A stretch of 64,000 nt of DNA from IMG/VR virus record IMGVR_UViG_3300001242_000018, positions 1-64,000 of that record, one strand, 5' to 3'. Every line of letters begins with the position of its first letter. The stretch's first letter is position 1. The DNA comes from an uncultured virus (IMG/VR IMGVR_UViG_3300001242_000018) (Duplodnaviria; Heunggongvirae; Uroviricota; Caudoviricetes). Under the pieces are notes generated by a model. That model had not been told where the DNA came from, searched no databases, and saw only the letters and a list, made by a program, of their open reading frames with translations. The translations under genes were made by a program, and so were the position numbers. Below are positions 46,636 through 56,500 of the stretch, one piece after another.

Positions 46636-46977
46636 ATGCCAGCAGCTTGTAGAATAGGTGATAGAATGAATGGCAGCGTCGGACACCACAATGGTCATGG
46701 TTGTCCAGATAACTGATGTGGTGGCCACTCGGTTACGGGTGGCCAAGTGACCGGGAGTCACAATATGTTTATTAACGGTAAGTCCGCAGCAAGACTAAGC
46801 GATACAGGTTATACAACCTGCCCATGTTGTGGAGCAGGATATACGAATGTACAGGCTAGTACTAGTTTATTTGTAAACGGTCGGGGTATTGTAAGAGTTG
46901 GAGATGGAGTGAATATTCATCTCCAAGGGGCCGGAAATATGGTAAGCGGTTCTAATAACTTCTTTGTTGCGAGGTGA
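46636..46977 (+). CDS. PAAR spike-tip protein with an in-frame TGA at codon 27 (candidate selenoprotein), 113 aa
   Basis: SD GAGGTG then ATG 46636: MPAACRIGD...GHHNGHGCPDN-TGA-CGGHSVTGGQVTGSHNMFINGKSAARLSD...CPCC...VRVGD...H...GSNNFFV. The three PAAR-like repeats are complete only if TGA 46714-46716 is read through. Confidence 0.85.
46722..46745 (+). promoter_or_regulatory. SECIS-like hairpin in the PAAR gene
   Basis: TGGCCACTCG-GTTA-CGGGTGGCCA: 10-bp stem with one G-U pair. The loop begins after 15 nt following the TGA. Confidence 0.7.
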
Positions 46978-46981
46978 GATG

Positions 46982-47389
46982 ATGCGAGTAGCTAAAGATA
47001 TTGCAATATCTCCGGACGGTGATTTTATCATTCGAGATCACGATCTGGCCGTAGCTAAAGAAGGGGAATTTCAGTTACAGTCTATTATTAATAGGATAAA
47101 AGCTGTAAGGATTAATTGGAGATTAGATCATATCGGGGCGGATATGGAAGATATCATAGGAATGCCTAATAGTCCCGATACGGCTCAGCTTACTATTGAT
47201 AAGATTACCTTTGCACTAACTGAAGACGATCTTATAGATAAGAAAGATATCTATATCAGACCAGTCCCTATATCGAAAACTACGATATTGTTCTTCTTAT
47301 TTGTTAACAGTCCTTATTTTGCACAACCTATTAGTTTAGAAATTGGTTTAGATCTTTCCTCCGGGGTTATCAAAGTAATGGAGGTTTAA
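46982..47389 (+). CDS. Baseplate wedge gp25/gpW-like protein
   Basis: DIAISPDGDF...DL...QSIINRIK...W...IGADMEDIIG. Lies between PAAR and J-like genes. Its SD GAGGTG overlaps the PAAR stop. Confidence 0.7.
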   Translation: MRVAKDIAISPDGDFIIRDHDLAVAKEGEFQLQSIINRIKAVRINWRLDHIGADMEDIIGMPNSPDTAQLTIDKITFALTEDDLIDKKDIYIRPVPISKTTILFFLFVNSPYFAQPISLEIGLDLSSGVIKVMEV

Positions 47390-47391
47390 AT

Positions 47392-48240
47392 ATGCTCCTA
47401 AAGATCAACAAGGATTTTGAAACCATAATGACAAATGCTATGAATAGATTAGCAAATTCTGAGGAATTATCAGAGATTAGTCGTGGCGGAGTAACTAGAC
47501 TTCTACTGGCTATCTTTAACGAGGAATTTGCTAAGAGTTCAGAAAGTAATGTTGATGGTTTTTATGACACATTAAAGAAAGAACTGGTTCAAGCTTTCTT
47601 GTCTTATGCAGGAGAAGACGCACTTGATGCGATAGGATATATGATGTACTGTAAACGATACGTTGATGAAAAGGATGAACCGTATCGTTATCGAATTAGT
47701 CAACAACTGTTAAGTATGGCTACCTCTAATGAAACGGCCGTACGTCTTGCTTGTCTGTCGGTACCCGGAGTAGATGATGTTATTATGAAAGCGTATACTC
47801 ACGGCACCGGTTCCGGCTCTATATATGTTATTAATAAAGATCCGGCTGAGTTACCAAATCTTATTAAACAAGTAACCACTGCAGCTAGAATGGTCGGCGG
47901 TTGGGGAACTAGAATTGACGTATTTCAACCTCGGTTCCTTAATGTGGAGATTCGTATACGTATAATCTTTTACAAGGATGTATCAGAACTAGATCAGAAC
48001 CTTATTAGAGGTACCGCAAAGATTAGTACAGAAGATTACCTAGCGAGTCGTAATGCTGGGGAACCCTTGGATGTTAAATATATAGAAGAGATTGTATCTA
48101 AGATCAGTTTAGAAATCTCTGAAGTACAGATATATTACTTAACTGTAAATGAGGAAACGGTACTGTTGGTAAAGCAGCTTTGCGCCTGGAATGAGCGTTT
48201 TATCCCCACTCGTAAAGGAAATGCGGTAATTATTAGTTAG
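47392..48240 (+). CDS. Baseplate J-like protein
   Basis: ALDAIG...EKDEPYRYRI...NETAVRLACLSVPGVDDV...GTGSGSIYV motif. Confidence 0.8.
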   Translation: MLLKINKDFETIMTNAMNRLANSEELSEISRGGVTRLLLAIFNEEFAKSSESNVDGFYDTLKKELVQAFLSYAGEDALDAIGYMMYCKRYVDEKDEPYRYRISQQLLSMATSNETAVRLACLSVPGVDDVIMKAYTHGTGSGSIYVINKDPAELPNLIKQVTTAARMVGGWGTRIDVFQPRFLNVEIRIRIIFYKDVSELDQNLIRGTAKISTEDYLASRNAGEPLDVKYIEEIVSKISLEISEVQIYYLTVNEETVLLVKQLCAWNERFIPTRKGNAVIIS

Positions 48241-48250
48241 GGGAGAGGAT

Positions 48251-49492
48251 ATGAGAAAGCTAAAAGATCATCAGCTAAATAGTGGTAGAGTAACTGCCAT
48301 AGAAAATGAAATATCAGAGGCTCGAGGTTCTTACGATAGGCTTAAGAAATATATCGATACCAGAGGTTATACCGATTTTAGATTAAACGAAGCTGTTTGG
48401 ACTGGTAGTGCTATTTATGTCCCTATAAATCAAGGTACTGCATTTATCATGGGTTACGTTGTTCAGTATTCAGATATGATTAATATTTATATTCCAGGAG
48501 CTATGCCTGAAACTACTTATTATTTCTTTATTAATACAAATGGTACTATCATTTATAGGAATACTCCAGAGGAATTAGAGACCGACATGATTATCGGTTC
48601 GGTTTCTACAGGTACTCAAGTAGATCAACTAATAACTAAAGACTTGCGTCATATCTTAAGAAAAGATGGTATTTACGAAGAAGTAGTAAAAGCCCGAGGT
48701 TCTTATGATAATCTTAAAAACTATATTGACAGTAAGAAATATCTTGAGCTTACCCTTGGTAAACCCGAAGTAGATGGCGTGAATGTTAAAGTTCCTATTT
48801 ACGGTGGTCGTTCTTATATACTTGAACAGCTAATTGAAAAAGAAGATCAGGTATTTACATTATTAAACCCTAACTTAAATACTACATATTATTTCTTCTT
48901 AGACCAACATGGTACTATCGTTTATGATACGATATTATCAGAATCTCGCTCTAAAATGATACTTGGTACCCTTGTTATAGGTGAGACGCTAGATCAACTA
49001 ATAACTAAAGACTTGCGTCGTATCTTAGATAAGGATGGAGTTAAAGAAGAAGTAATCGAAGCTAGGGGAGAGTATCCAACTTTAAAGGAACGTTTAGATA
49101 CCGAATTTGATATAACTACAAATATCGGTAACAAACGATCTGCTATTATCTGCATTAAGGATATATTATTTCCACACACAATAGGCTTAATTCAGGTTAT
49201 TATTCCAGAACATTTTGTAATGTCTAAGGTTATGATACGTGCTAATAATGCACCCATTGGCTCTGATTTAGTACTAGATATTAATAAGAATGATATTAGT
49301 ATTTTTACAGATCAAAGTACAAGACCACGCATTTCCGATGGACAAAATAGCGTTGTGGTCGAATCTATTAACGTGGATTTCTACGAGGGAGATATATTCT
49401 CTATTGATATAGATGAAACGGGTTTGATTACTCCAGGTGGTAAAGATTTGATGATAACCGTTAAGTTCGATCAGACCGGCGATAGGGGTTAA
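48251..49492 (+). CDS. Tail fibre/baseplate-associated protein with a tandem 123-aa duplication
   Basis: EARG(S/E)Y..LK motif occurs three times. Two ~123-aa units, then a C-terminal domain. Confidence 0.6.
   Translation: MRKLKDHQLNSGRVTAIENEISEARGSYDRLKKYIDTRGYTDFRLNEAVWTGSAIYVPINQGTAFIMGYVVQYSDMINIYIPGAMPETTYYFFINTNGTIIYRNTPEELETDMIIGSVSTGTQVDQLITKDLRHILRKDGIYEEVVKARGSYDNLKNYIDSKKYLELTLGKPEVDGVNVKVPIYGGRSYILEQLIEKEDQVFTLLNPNLNTTYYFFLDQHGTIVYDTILSESRSKMILGTLVIGETLDQLITKDLRRILDKDGVKEEVIEARGEYPTLKERLDTEFDITTNIGNKRSAIICIKDILFPHTIGLIQVIIPEHFVMSKVMIRANNAPIGSDLVLDINKNDISIFTDQSTRPRISDGQNSVVVESINVDFYEGDIFSIDIDETGLITPGGKDLMITVKFDQTGDRG
48621..49019 (+). repeat. Exact 30-bp direct repeat (48621-48650 and 48990-49019)
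   Basis: TAGATCAACTAATAACTAAAGACTTGCGTC occurs twice, 369 bp apart and in frame. Confidence 0.9.
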
Positions 49493-49536
49493 TATAGTAT
49501 TGGTCAAGAATTACTTTAAAGTGGGAGGTTGGAGTT

Positions 49537-50544
49537 ATGTATTTTACTGGTACAAGTCTTTACCCAGATGGTTTACTAGCTGATATCGCTGCTGCTGTAG
49601 TTAGTATTCCACAAGGTAAAACAGATCCCTATTGGGATAATATTACGTCAGATTCGCCAGTTGCTACAAATCTCTATAAACAAGTATTTAAATCTAGGGC
49701 TAAGGTAAATAGTCCAGACAGTAGAAACCTTTTCTGTGTAATCGGAGCTCTTGCTACGACTAGTGCGTTTAATAGCACCGCTAGTATTAGTGGTTATGCT
49801 CAAAATACTATCAATTCTAATTCTGGTCTTACATTAGGCGGGGCTCAGAATTATGTACCAGGAACTACCGGAGTAGCTGGTACGTTCGAAAATTTGATTG
49901 AACAATCTCTATTCTTAAGAGCGGGTGTATTACCGACTAATTTTGGTATAGGTAATGTGAACTGGCACTTAATCGTAGAACCAACATCCATCGTATTGGC
50001 TATTGAAATTAACGGAGACTCTAATGCAAGAGCGGTTGGTTTCTTCGGAACTGTCGATCCTCTCGAAGACCATCCGGATGGCATGCCTATCATCTGTCAG
50101 AGTACTACGCAAAGTCCTACTTTTGATAGGGCTTTAACTGCCGTATCGGGCCCTTATAATTACGTCAATCAAGATTATTATTGGTGTCAAGGTTCTTACG
50201 ATCCATATATGGACATCGGATATACAAGAAAGTTATTCTTAAGATCTGTTCCCGCTTATTACCATGATGGTGTTAATACCATGAATACAGTACCGCTTGG
50301 TGTCTTAACAAATATCTATACTTCAAGATTCGATAGAAGTAATATCCGAATTCTTGGTACAACAGGTTTCGCTGCCACGGTAGATACGGGTGAGAATAAA
50401 TACCTTGTAGTATTTCCTTATCCAGTAGCCTCAATCTATACTCCACAGTCTGGCGTAGGTACCCCCTTAGACGGGTTTAGAGCTAGAAAAACTATTAATA
50501 TAACTGAGAAAGATTATGCTATTGTGATTAAATATACTCCTTAA
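49537..50544 (+). CDS. Putative virion structural protein (paralogue of the core of 50563..53574)
   Basis: AQNYVPGTTGVAGTFEN motif shared with the next gene. GGAGG SD. Confidence 0.5.
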   Translation: MYFTGTSLYPDGLLADIAAAVVSIPQGKTDPYWDNITSDSPVATNLYKQVFKSRAKVNSPDSRNLFCVIGALATTSAFNSTASISGYAQNTINSNSGLTLGGAQNYVPGTTGVAGTFENLIEQSLFLRAGVLPTNFGIGNVNWHLIVEPTSIVLAIEINGDSNARAVGFFGTVDPLEDHPDGMPIICQSTTQSPTFDRALTAVSGPYNYVNQDYYWCQGSYDPYMDIGYTRKLFLRSVPAYYHDGVNTMNTVPLGVLTNIYTSRFDRSNIRILGTTGFAATVDTGENKYLVVFPYPVASIYTPQSGVGTPLDGFRARKTINITEKDYAIVIKYTP

Positions 50545-50562
50545 GGAGGTTTCATTAAAAAA

Positions 50563-53500
50563 ATGACTATTTATGCAACAAGATGTCAAATTAAAGATTT
50601 AGCATCGAACGTATGGAAACAGCTTGAAGCCGAAGGCTGGGAGAGTGTAATGTCTCGTCCTGAAGACGGTGTTATGAAGAAGCAACTTCCCACCGGCCCT
50701 CTCTTTATACGTATAACTCCGGTCATTGCAAATAGCGACCGTTTTACATTAGGCCCTGCTGAAAACTATCAGCCTGGTACCACGGGCGTAGGATTATCTA
50801 TCGACAGAACTACACCAGGCTTAGATCCTAATATGGAATCCTTTGAGATTAGTGTAGCTGATTTACCCACCTATGATGGTAATACTACCTTAACCATAGG
50901 AACTACTCCTGTTATCATTCCGGTATATAGCGGTAGTGTTAGGGTGGTAGCTGAGAAAATTCGCGATACGTTACTGAGCGACTCGGCAATAGCTATGGCT
51001 TACGATGTAATTGTAGACGTTAATGGTAAAGTTATAATTACAGCCAAAGATTCAAGGGCTATTGACTTTAATATGAGTATAACTGATACCATTACCGGTG
51101 TTACCGCAAGTGATATAGAAACGATACCTGGTATTACACCGGTTAATGAAGAACGCACTATTATTGTAAATAGTGGTGCTACTGTTTCTGGTACGCTTAA
51201 TATTAACTTTGATGACGGTACTATTATTAAGCCCGGTATTAAGTTTCCAGTAGTCGGTAACGATACAGCTGCTCAAGTTGCTGGTAAAATTAAGACAGCT
51301 TTAACTAGCGATAACGATATTAATACAGCATATACAATAACTAATGTGATAGATACTAATATAATAACCATAGCTTCTAAAACTGGTGGCCCTAAAAGTA
51401 TTACTATTACCATTACCGAAGTTCCTAACGGAGTTGTCAAGACAATTGCAGAAACTCAAATAGGTGTTACATCTGTAGCTGAAGTATTTGACTTAACGGT
51501 AACAGGTTCTCCTATTACCAGTGGGAATGTTAGCTTAATCTTAAATAATACTCCGGTAAATGTAACTGTAAGTAATGGTGACAATACTACGGAAGAAGTC
51601 GCGGCCAAGATTAGAAATGTACTAGCCACTGACACGGATGTTTCCGTCTCGTATACAATTTCCGGCTCTGGTAATCAGGTTATTATTACTAAGAATGATG
51701 TAGGCGCTGTAGATTTAACCATAGCTGTTGCTGGAAATAATACCGGCATTGGTGCCACCTTCGTTGAAACAACTCCCGGGGATGTTTCAATACAAGAGGT
51801 TAATACAATTACTGTTAACTCCGCTTGTACTGCTAATGGTACGATAAATGTATTCTTTGGTGATGGTGTAATTAATAAGACTATTGACGTAAACGTAGTA
51901 ACAGCTGATAGTCTTCAAGAAGTGGCCTCAGCTATACAATTTGCAGTAGATGCTTTAGCAGATTATGTCGCTATCGTTAACGATAATGTCGTAACCATTG
52001 CCGCCGCTTCCGCAGAGAGTCAAGTAGATGCTACTTTTAACCCTAATGATACTGGCACTACAGTTACTATTAATATAACTCAACAGGGTATTACCGGCGT
52101 AAAAGAGATTAATACACTTACGATTACAAACGTATCTAATATCTCACAAACCGGTGTAATTAACTTTAATGATGGAATAATTAATAAGTCAGTTAACTTT
52201 GATATTCTATCTACAGATACGATAGATACCTTGGCTGTTAAGATTGCTATTTTGTTAGAAAACGATGGTCAAATTGGTTCTAGTTATACAATAACCAGTA
52301 CAAATAATAACGTAATAATCTCACGAGACGCTACCGGCGCTGTTGATACTGTTGTTACATTAGGTGTAGTAGCTATCGAAGTAAATTGTTCTATAACTCA
52401 GTCTGTAGTCGGTGTAACAGGCGTCGCTGAAGTAAATACACTAACAGTCTTAACAGGTGCGATAAACGATGGTACTATTAGTATTAATTTAAGTGATGGT
52501 ATCTTAAATAAAACCTTAATCGCGACTTTAAATGGAGCTGATAGTTTCACATCTATAGTTAATAGGATTCGTACCGTTGCCGATGCTTTAGATAATTGGA
52601 ATGCTACTGTAGTGGATAATGTCGTAACTATTTCATCTACACTAATGGTTGACAATCCAGATCCTACTTTCGACGCTAACGATACAGGTACCGTTTTGAC
52701 CATTAGTGTATTAGCTCAAGGAGGTAGTGGTTCTAAAGAAGAAAATACTATCAAAGTGCTTTCCAATTGTACGACAACCGGGCTATTACAAATCTTTGTT
52801 AGCAATGGCATTATTAATAAGGAGATTCAGGTGTCGGTTACGAGTGGACAAACTGTATCACAAGTAGCCACTGCTATAAAGAACAAACTTACAGCTGAAG
52901 CCGAGGTAACCAATACTTACGATGTAACTATAAATGTTAGTAATATCGATTCAATCTTAGTAACACGTAAGACAATTGGCCCATTTAATACCACAATTAA
53001 ACTCGGATATCTTACCGGATTGGCCGGTACTTTTACTAACGATCAAAGTAAATCTGTATTCTTTGCCTCGGCTGTAATCGTAAAGACTTCACCATTTAAC
53101 TATAAGCTCTATACATTCGATGATCATATTGTCTTATCTATAATAGCAGAAGTAGCTATAGCTGGTGCTGTCAATGCATTGCATTATGTAGGACGGCTTA
53201 AGCTATTTGGAGTTGAACCTAATAATACAGCTGTCGTATTAGCTTCGACAAATATTGAAGGAAATTCTAAAATCTATCCACTTAAAGATAAAGCTAATAC
53301 TGTTAATGGGCCTGCTTACGATTTCTATTCAGCTTTGCCGCCATCTAACCCTGGCGGCGGCGGGTTGTATTATATGGCTCCTATCGAGGTTGGTAGTATT
53401 AGTGATGGTATTCGTGGAGAGATTGATCATGTTTATGCGATTCCGTTGTCGGGTGTAATCCAGGATGATACCATTACCGTAGGTAGTCAGGTGTATGATA

Positions 53501-53574
53501 TTCATACAGCAGGTTCGATCGGATATAGTAGTTTAGCAGGAACTAGAGCAGTTGCTGTATATAATCGCGGATAA
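50563..53574 (+). CDS. Virion fibre/appendage protein with about seven ~105-aa repeats
   Basis: Repeating E.NTITV...G.I.I...DG.INK...VA.KI...L...Y.I...N.V.I units, Thr/Val/Asn-rich. Confidence 0.65.
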   Translation: MTIYATRCQIKDLASNVWKQLEAEGWESVMSRPEDGVMKKQLPTGPLFIRITPVIANSDRFTLGPAENYQPGTTGVGLSIDRTTPGLDPNMESFEISVADLPTYDGNTTLTIGTTPVIIPVYSGSVRVVAEKIRDTLLSDSAIAMAYDVIVDVNGKVIITAKDSRAIDFNMSITDTITGVTASDIETIPGITPVNEERTIIVNSGATVSGTLNINFDDGTIIKPGIKFPVVGNDTAAQVAGKIKTALTSDNDINTAYTITNVIDTNIITIASKTGGPKSITITITEVPNGVVKTIAETQIGVTSVAEVFDLTVTGSPITSGNVSLILNNTPVNVTVSNGDNTTEEVAAKIRNVLATDTDVSVSYTISGSGNQVIITKNDVGAVDLTIAVAGNNTGIGATFVETTPGDVSIQEVNTITVNSACTANGTINVFFGDGVINKTIDVNVVTADSLQEVASAIQFAVDALADYVAIVNDNVVTIAAASAESQVDATFNPNDTGTTVTINITQQGITGVKEINTLTITNVSNISQTGVINFNDGIINKSVNFDILSTDTIDTLAVKIAILLENDGQIGSSYTITSTNNNVIISRDATGAVDTVVTLGVVAIEVNCSITQSVVGVTGVAEVNTLTVLTGAINDGTISINLSDGILNKTLIATLNGADSFTSIVNRIRTVADALDNWNATVVDNVVTISSTLMVDNPDPTFDANDTGTVLTISVLAQGGSGSKEENTIKVLSNCTTTGLLQIFVSNGIINKEIQVSVTSGQTVSQVATAIKNKLTAEAEVTNTYDVTINVSNIDSILVTRKTIGPFNTTIKLGYLTGLAGTFTNDQSKSVFFASAVIVKTSPFNYKLYTFDDHIVLSIIAEVAIAGAVNALHYVGRLKLFGVEPNNTAVVLASTNIEGNSKIYPLKDKANTVNGPAYDFYSALPPSNPGGGGLYYMAPIEVGSISDGIRGEIDHVYAIPLSGVIQDDTITVGSQVYDIHTAGSIGYSSLAGTRAVAVYNRG

Positions 53575-53586
53575 GTTGGTGATCAC

Positions 53587-56500
53587 ATGGCAAAGGACTC
53601 TTTGCAATTTAATATCTATGATAAAGAGTCATTTGTCATCCCAAATATTGACGGCATCGATTTTCTAGTTGATGCCGTCACTTTACATAAAACAGTACAT
53701 GAGTATGTAAAGGACGGGCTATTAATCGATTTGATTGCTGCCCGAGCTACAGAGGATGACAAACATGGCTCTAATCCATTATCTACATGGATTAATCTCG
53801 CTGCAAGCGGAGATTGGAAGTTGACCGAGCTTTCTGACTTTAACTTTATTTCGGACGGCTGGATAGGGGATGGAACTAATGCAAATCCCTATGCTCTTTT
53901 ATTTAACGGTATAAATAGTAAATGCACTCTTAGCTATAATCCTGTTTATGATACCTTTACCCTGGAAGCGTGGGTTCAGACCGATCAATTACACCAGATT
54001 GATAATGAGATAAATACAGGTTCTTCTCCAGGATTAGATGGTCAAAAGTATTTGTTTTATCCTTCTAAATATATAGATACTAGAGTTGGTGCAGGGGTAT
54101 CTATAGGTTCTAACGGAGTTAGTGTTTACGAATACGGAGATGCTCATTTTCCCGCAGTGGCCGTTTATAGCGGTGAGGTTACGGGAATAACCCATGTCAT
54201 TGTAGAGTATATAGATAGGCAACCGTTTATTTATATTAATGGAGTATTGGTACGTATTGGACTTAAGTCTAATATGACACGAGTATGGTCACCAATTATT
54301 ATGGGCGCAGGCCCTTATGGAGCCTTTGATGGTTGTGTTATTATGGCCAGAATATATAATAGAGTACTTAGTCAAGAAGAGAAACAAATCAACTATCAGG
54401 CTGGATTTGTATTATTCTCTTATCCTATAATCCCTTATCACATTACTACCGGAGATAATCAGATAGATTGTAGCGAAGTTAAAAAGATCCTTAATATAAT
54501 GGCTGTACAAATAGAACCCGAGGGTACTTTGTTAAGATACTTGGTAAGCTTTGATAATAAAGGTAGCTGGCTAACTTATAATACCGTATGGCAAGAAGCG
54601 TCACTTGACGATATAGATAGAGTAGGTATGACAGCAGACGAACTAAATACTGTAGATTGGAACTATTTTCAACCGGGCGTACATGGAAATTTAAATATAG
54701 CAGTTGCTCTTGCTACCATAGATATAAGTATTACACCATCTGTAAGTAAACTTTTAATAGAATACGTCGGAAACTTACTAGGCGTAATTACTAGGACAAC
54801 TATAGCATGTTATATAAATAACGTATCAGAAGTTACCTTTACTCATCCTTCTGATGAAGTAGAGAATATACCAACAATAGTATCTAGCGGAGCTGCTATA
54901 GATACAATAGCTGGTACTATAAGCAATACCTGTAGAATTAATGGTATTAAAGAAAGAATGGATAATAGTATAAATATTCCTATCTTATCGCGAGCTGGAG
55001 CTTTAATTGCGAGTCATTTAGTAGGAGTTTATAAAAGTAGTCATAATAACGAGGAAGATAAGATAGACTTTTTAATTATTAATGATCTAATTAGTATCGA
55101 TCCCGTTATACCTAAACTTTCTGGTAATGTTTTAGAGTATTTAAAAGGTCTTCATATACCGTCTTACTACAGTACTAAACCTTTAGATTTGATATGTGAG
55201 ACTGTTGACATTGAAACATTAAAGTCGATTCAAATATTGGATAAAACACCTTCTATATTTACTTCTATATGTAGCGATCGACCGATTAATATAACCGTTA
55301 CTACAGATGATTATACAAGGATAGATACATCTAATATAGTAACAATTAAAGACATAAATAAGGACTATTACAGTAATGGAAATGAAAGATTCTTATTTAG
55401 CTTTGACAATAGAAATACTTGGTATTCTTATGATTATAGTACCAACCAATGGGTTATTGTAAGTTTAGATGATATTCAGGAGAAAGGAATGACATTTTGG
55501 CAAGTTAGTTCTATTCCTGAAGAAACTTGGAGTACAAAGTTGTCAGAATGGTTAGACATGGCTATTAGATTAATAGCCTATCCTAGCGATAGTAATGAAA
55601 CAATATACGATTTCACTTATACCGGCAATTACATAACATGGATAGCACCTTTTACAGGCGATTACCGATTAGAAGTATGGGGTGCTGAAGGTGGATTGCC
55701 GGGAGGAAGTTCAATAACCGGTGGTCTCGGAGGTTATACTAAAGGTACGATTACTTTAACCCAGGGTGATATTTTATACATCTGTATTGGTGGATATCCG
55801 GGTCGTGCTAAAGCAGGAGGTTGGAATGGTGGAGGTAATGGAGGTACCGATACCAGTAGTAGTGTTCGTTATGGTGGTGGCGGTGGTGGCGCTACTGATA
55901 TAAGAGTTGGCGATACTTCTCTTTCTAATAGAATTATTATTGCTGGCGGTGGCGGTGGCGGTGGCGAGTATGGAAATTCTCGTTACGGCGCTGGCGGCGA
56001 AATACAAGCACAATCGGGCGCTGGTCAATTAACTACCAATCCAGCACGAACGGGTGCTGGTTATCAATGGTCTTGGGGTGGTGGAGGAGGTTCTCAAACA
56101 CAAGGAGGTGTAGGAGCCGGAACGTATGTAAAAGGTGGGAATGGGACGCTATATCAAGGCGGCGCAGGAGATACTGGTTGTTGCTCTGGTTCAGGCGGTG
56201 GCGGTGGCGGTTATTATGGCGGCGCGGCCGGTGGTAACGATTCGCCACATGGTTCTGGATATTCAGCAAATGGCGGCGGTGGTTCTAGTTATACAGACGG
56301 AGTATCGGACGGTACTATGCAGATTGGAGTTCAAGCCGGGAATGGTAAGGCTAGAATAACCTTATTAAATACGACAATGTATACTGTTAATGGATTCACT
56401 TTCAGAACAATTGTTAATAAATTCGATGTCTACCAGATACCCATGTTAACGGGGTTTAAATTAGATATTCCTATTCACGAGGTTTTAGAAGAGAAAGATT

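Noticed and set aside
46747..46977. 76-aa ORF as a standalone gene
   Set aside because: It lacks the first PAAR repeat and a clear SD. It is the 3' part of 46636..46977.
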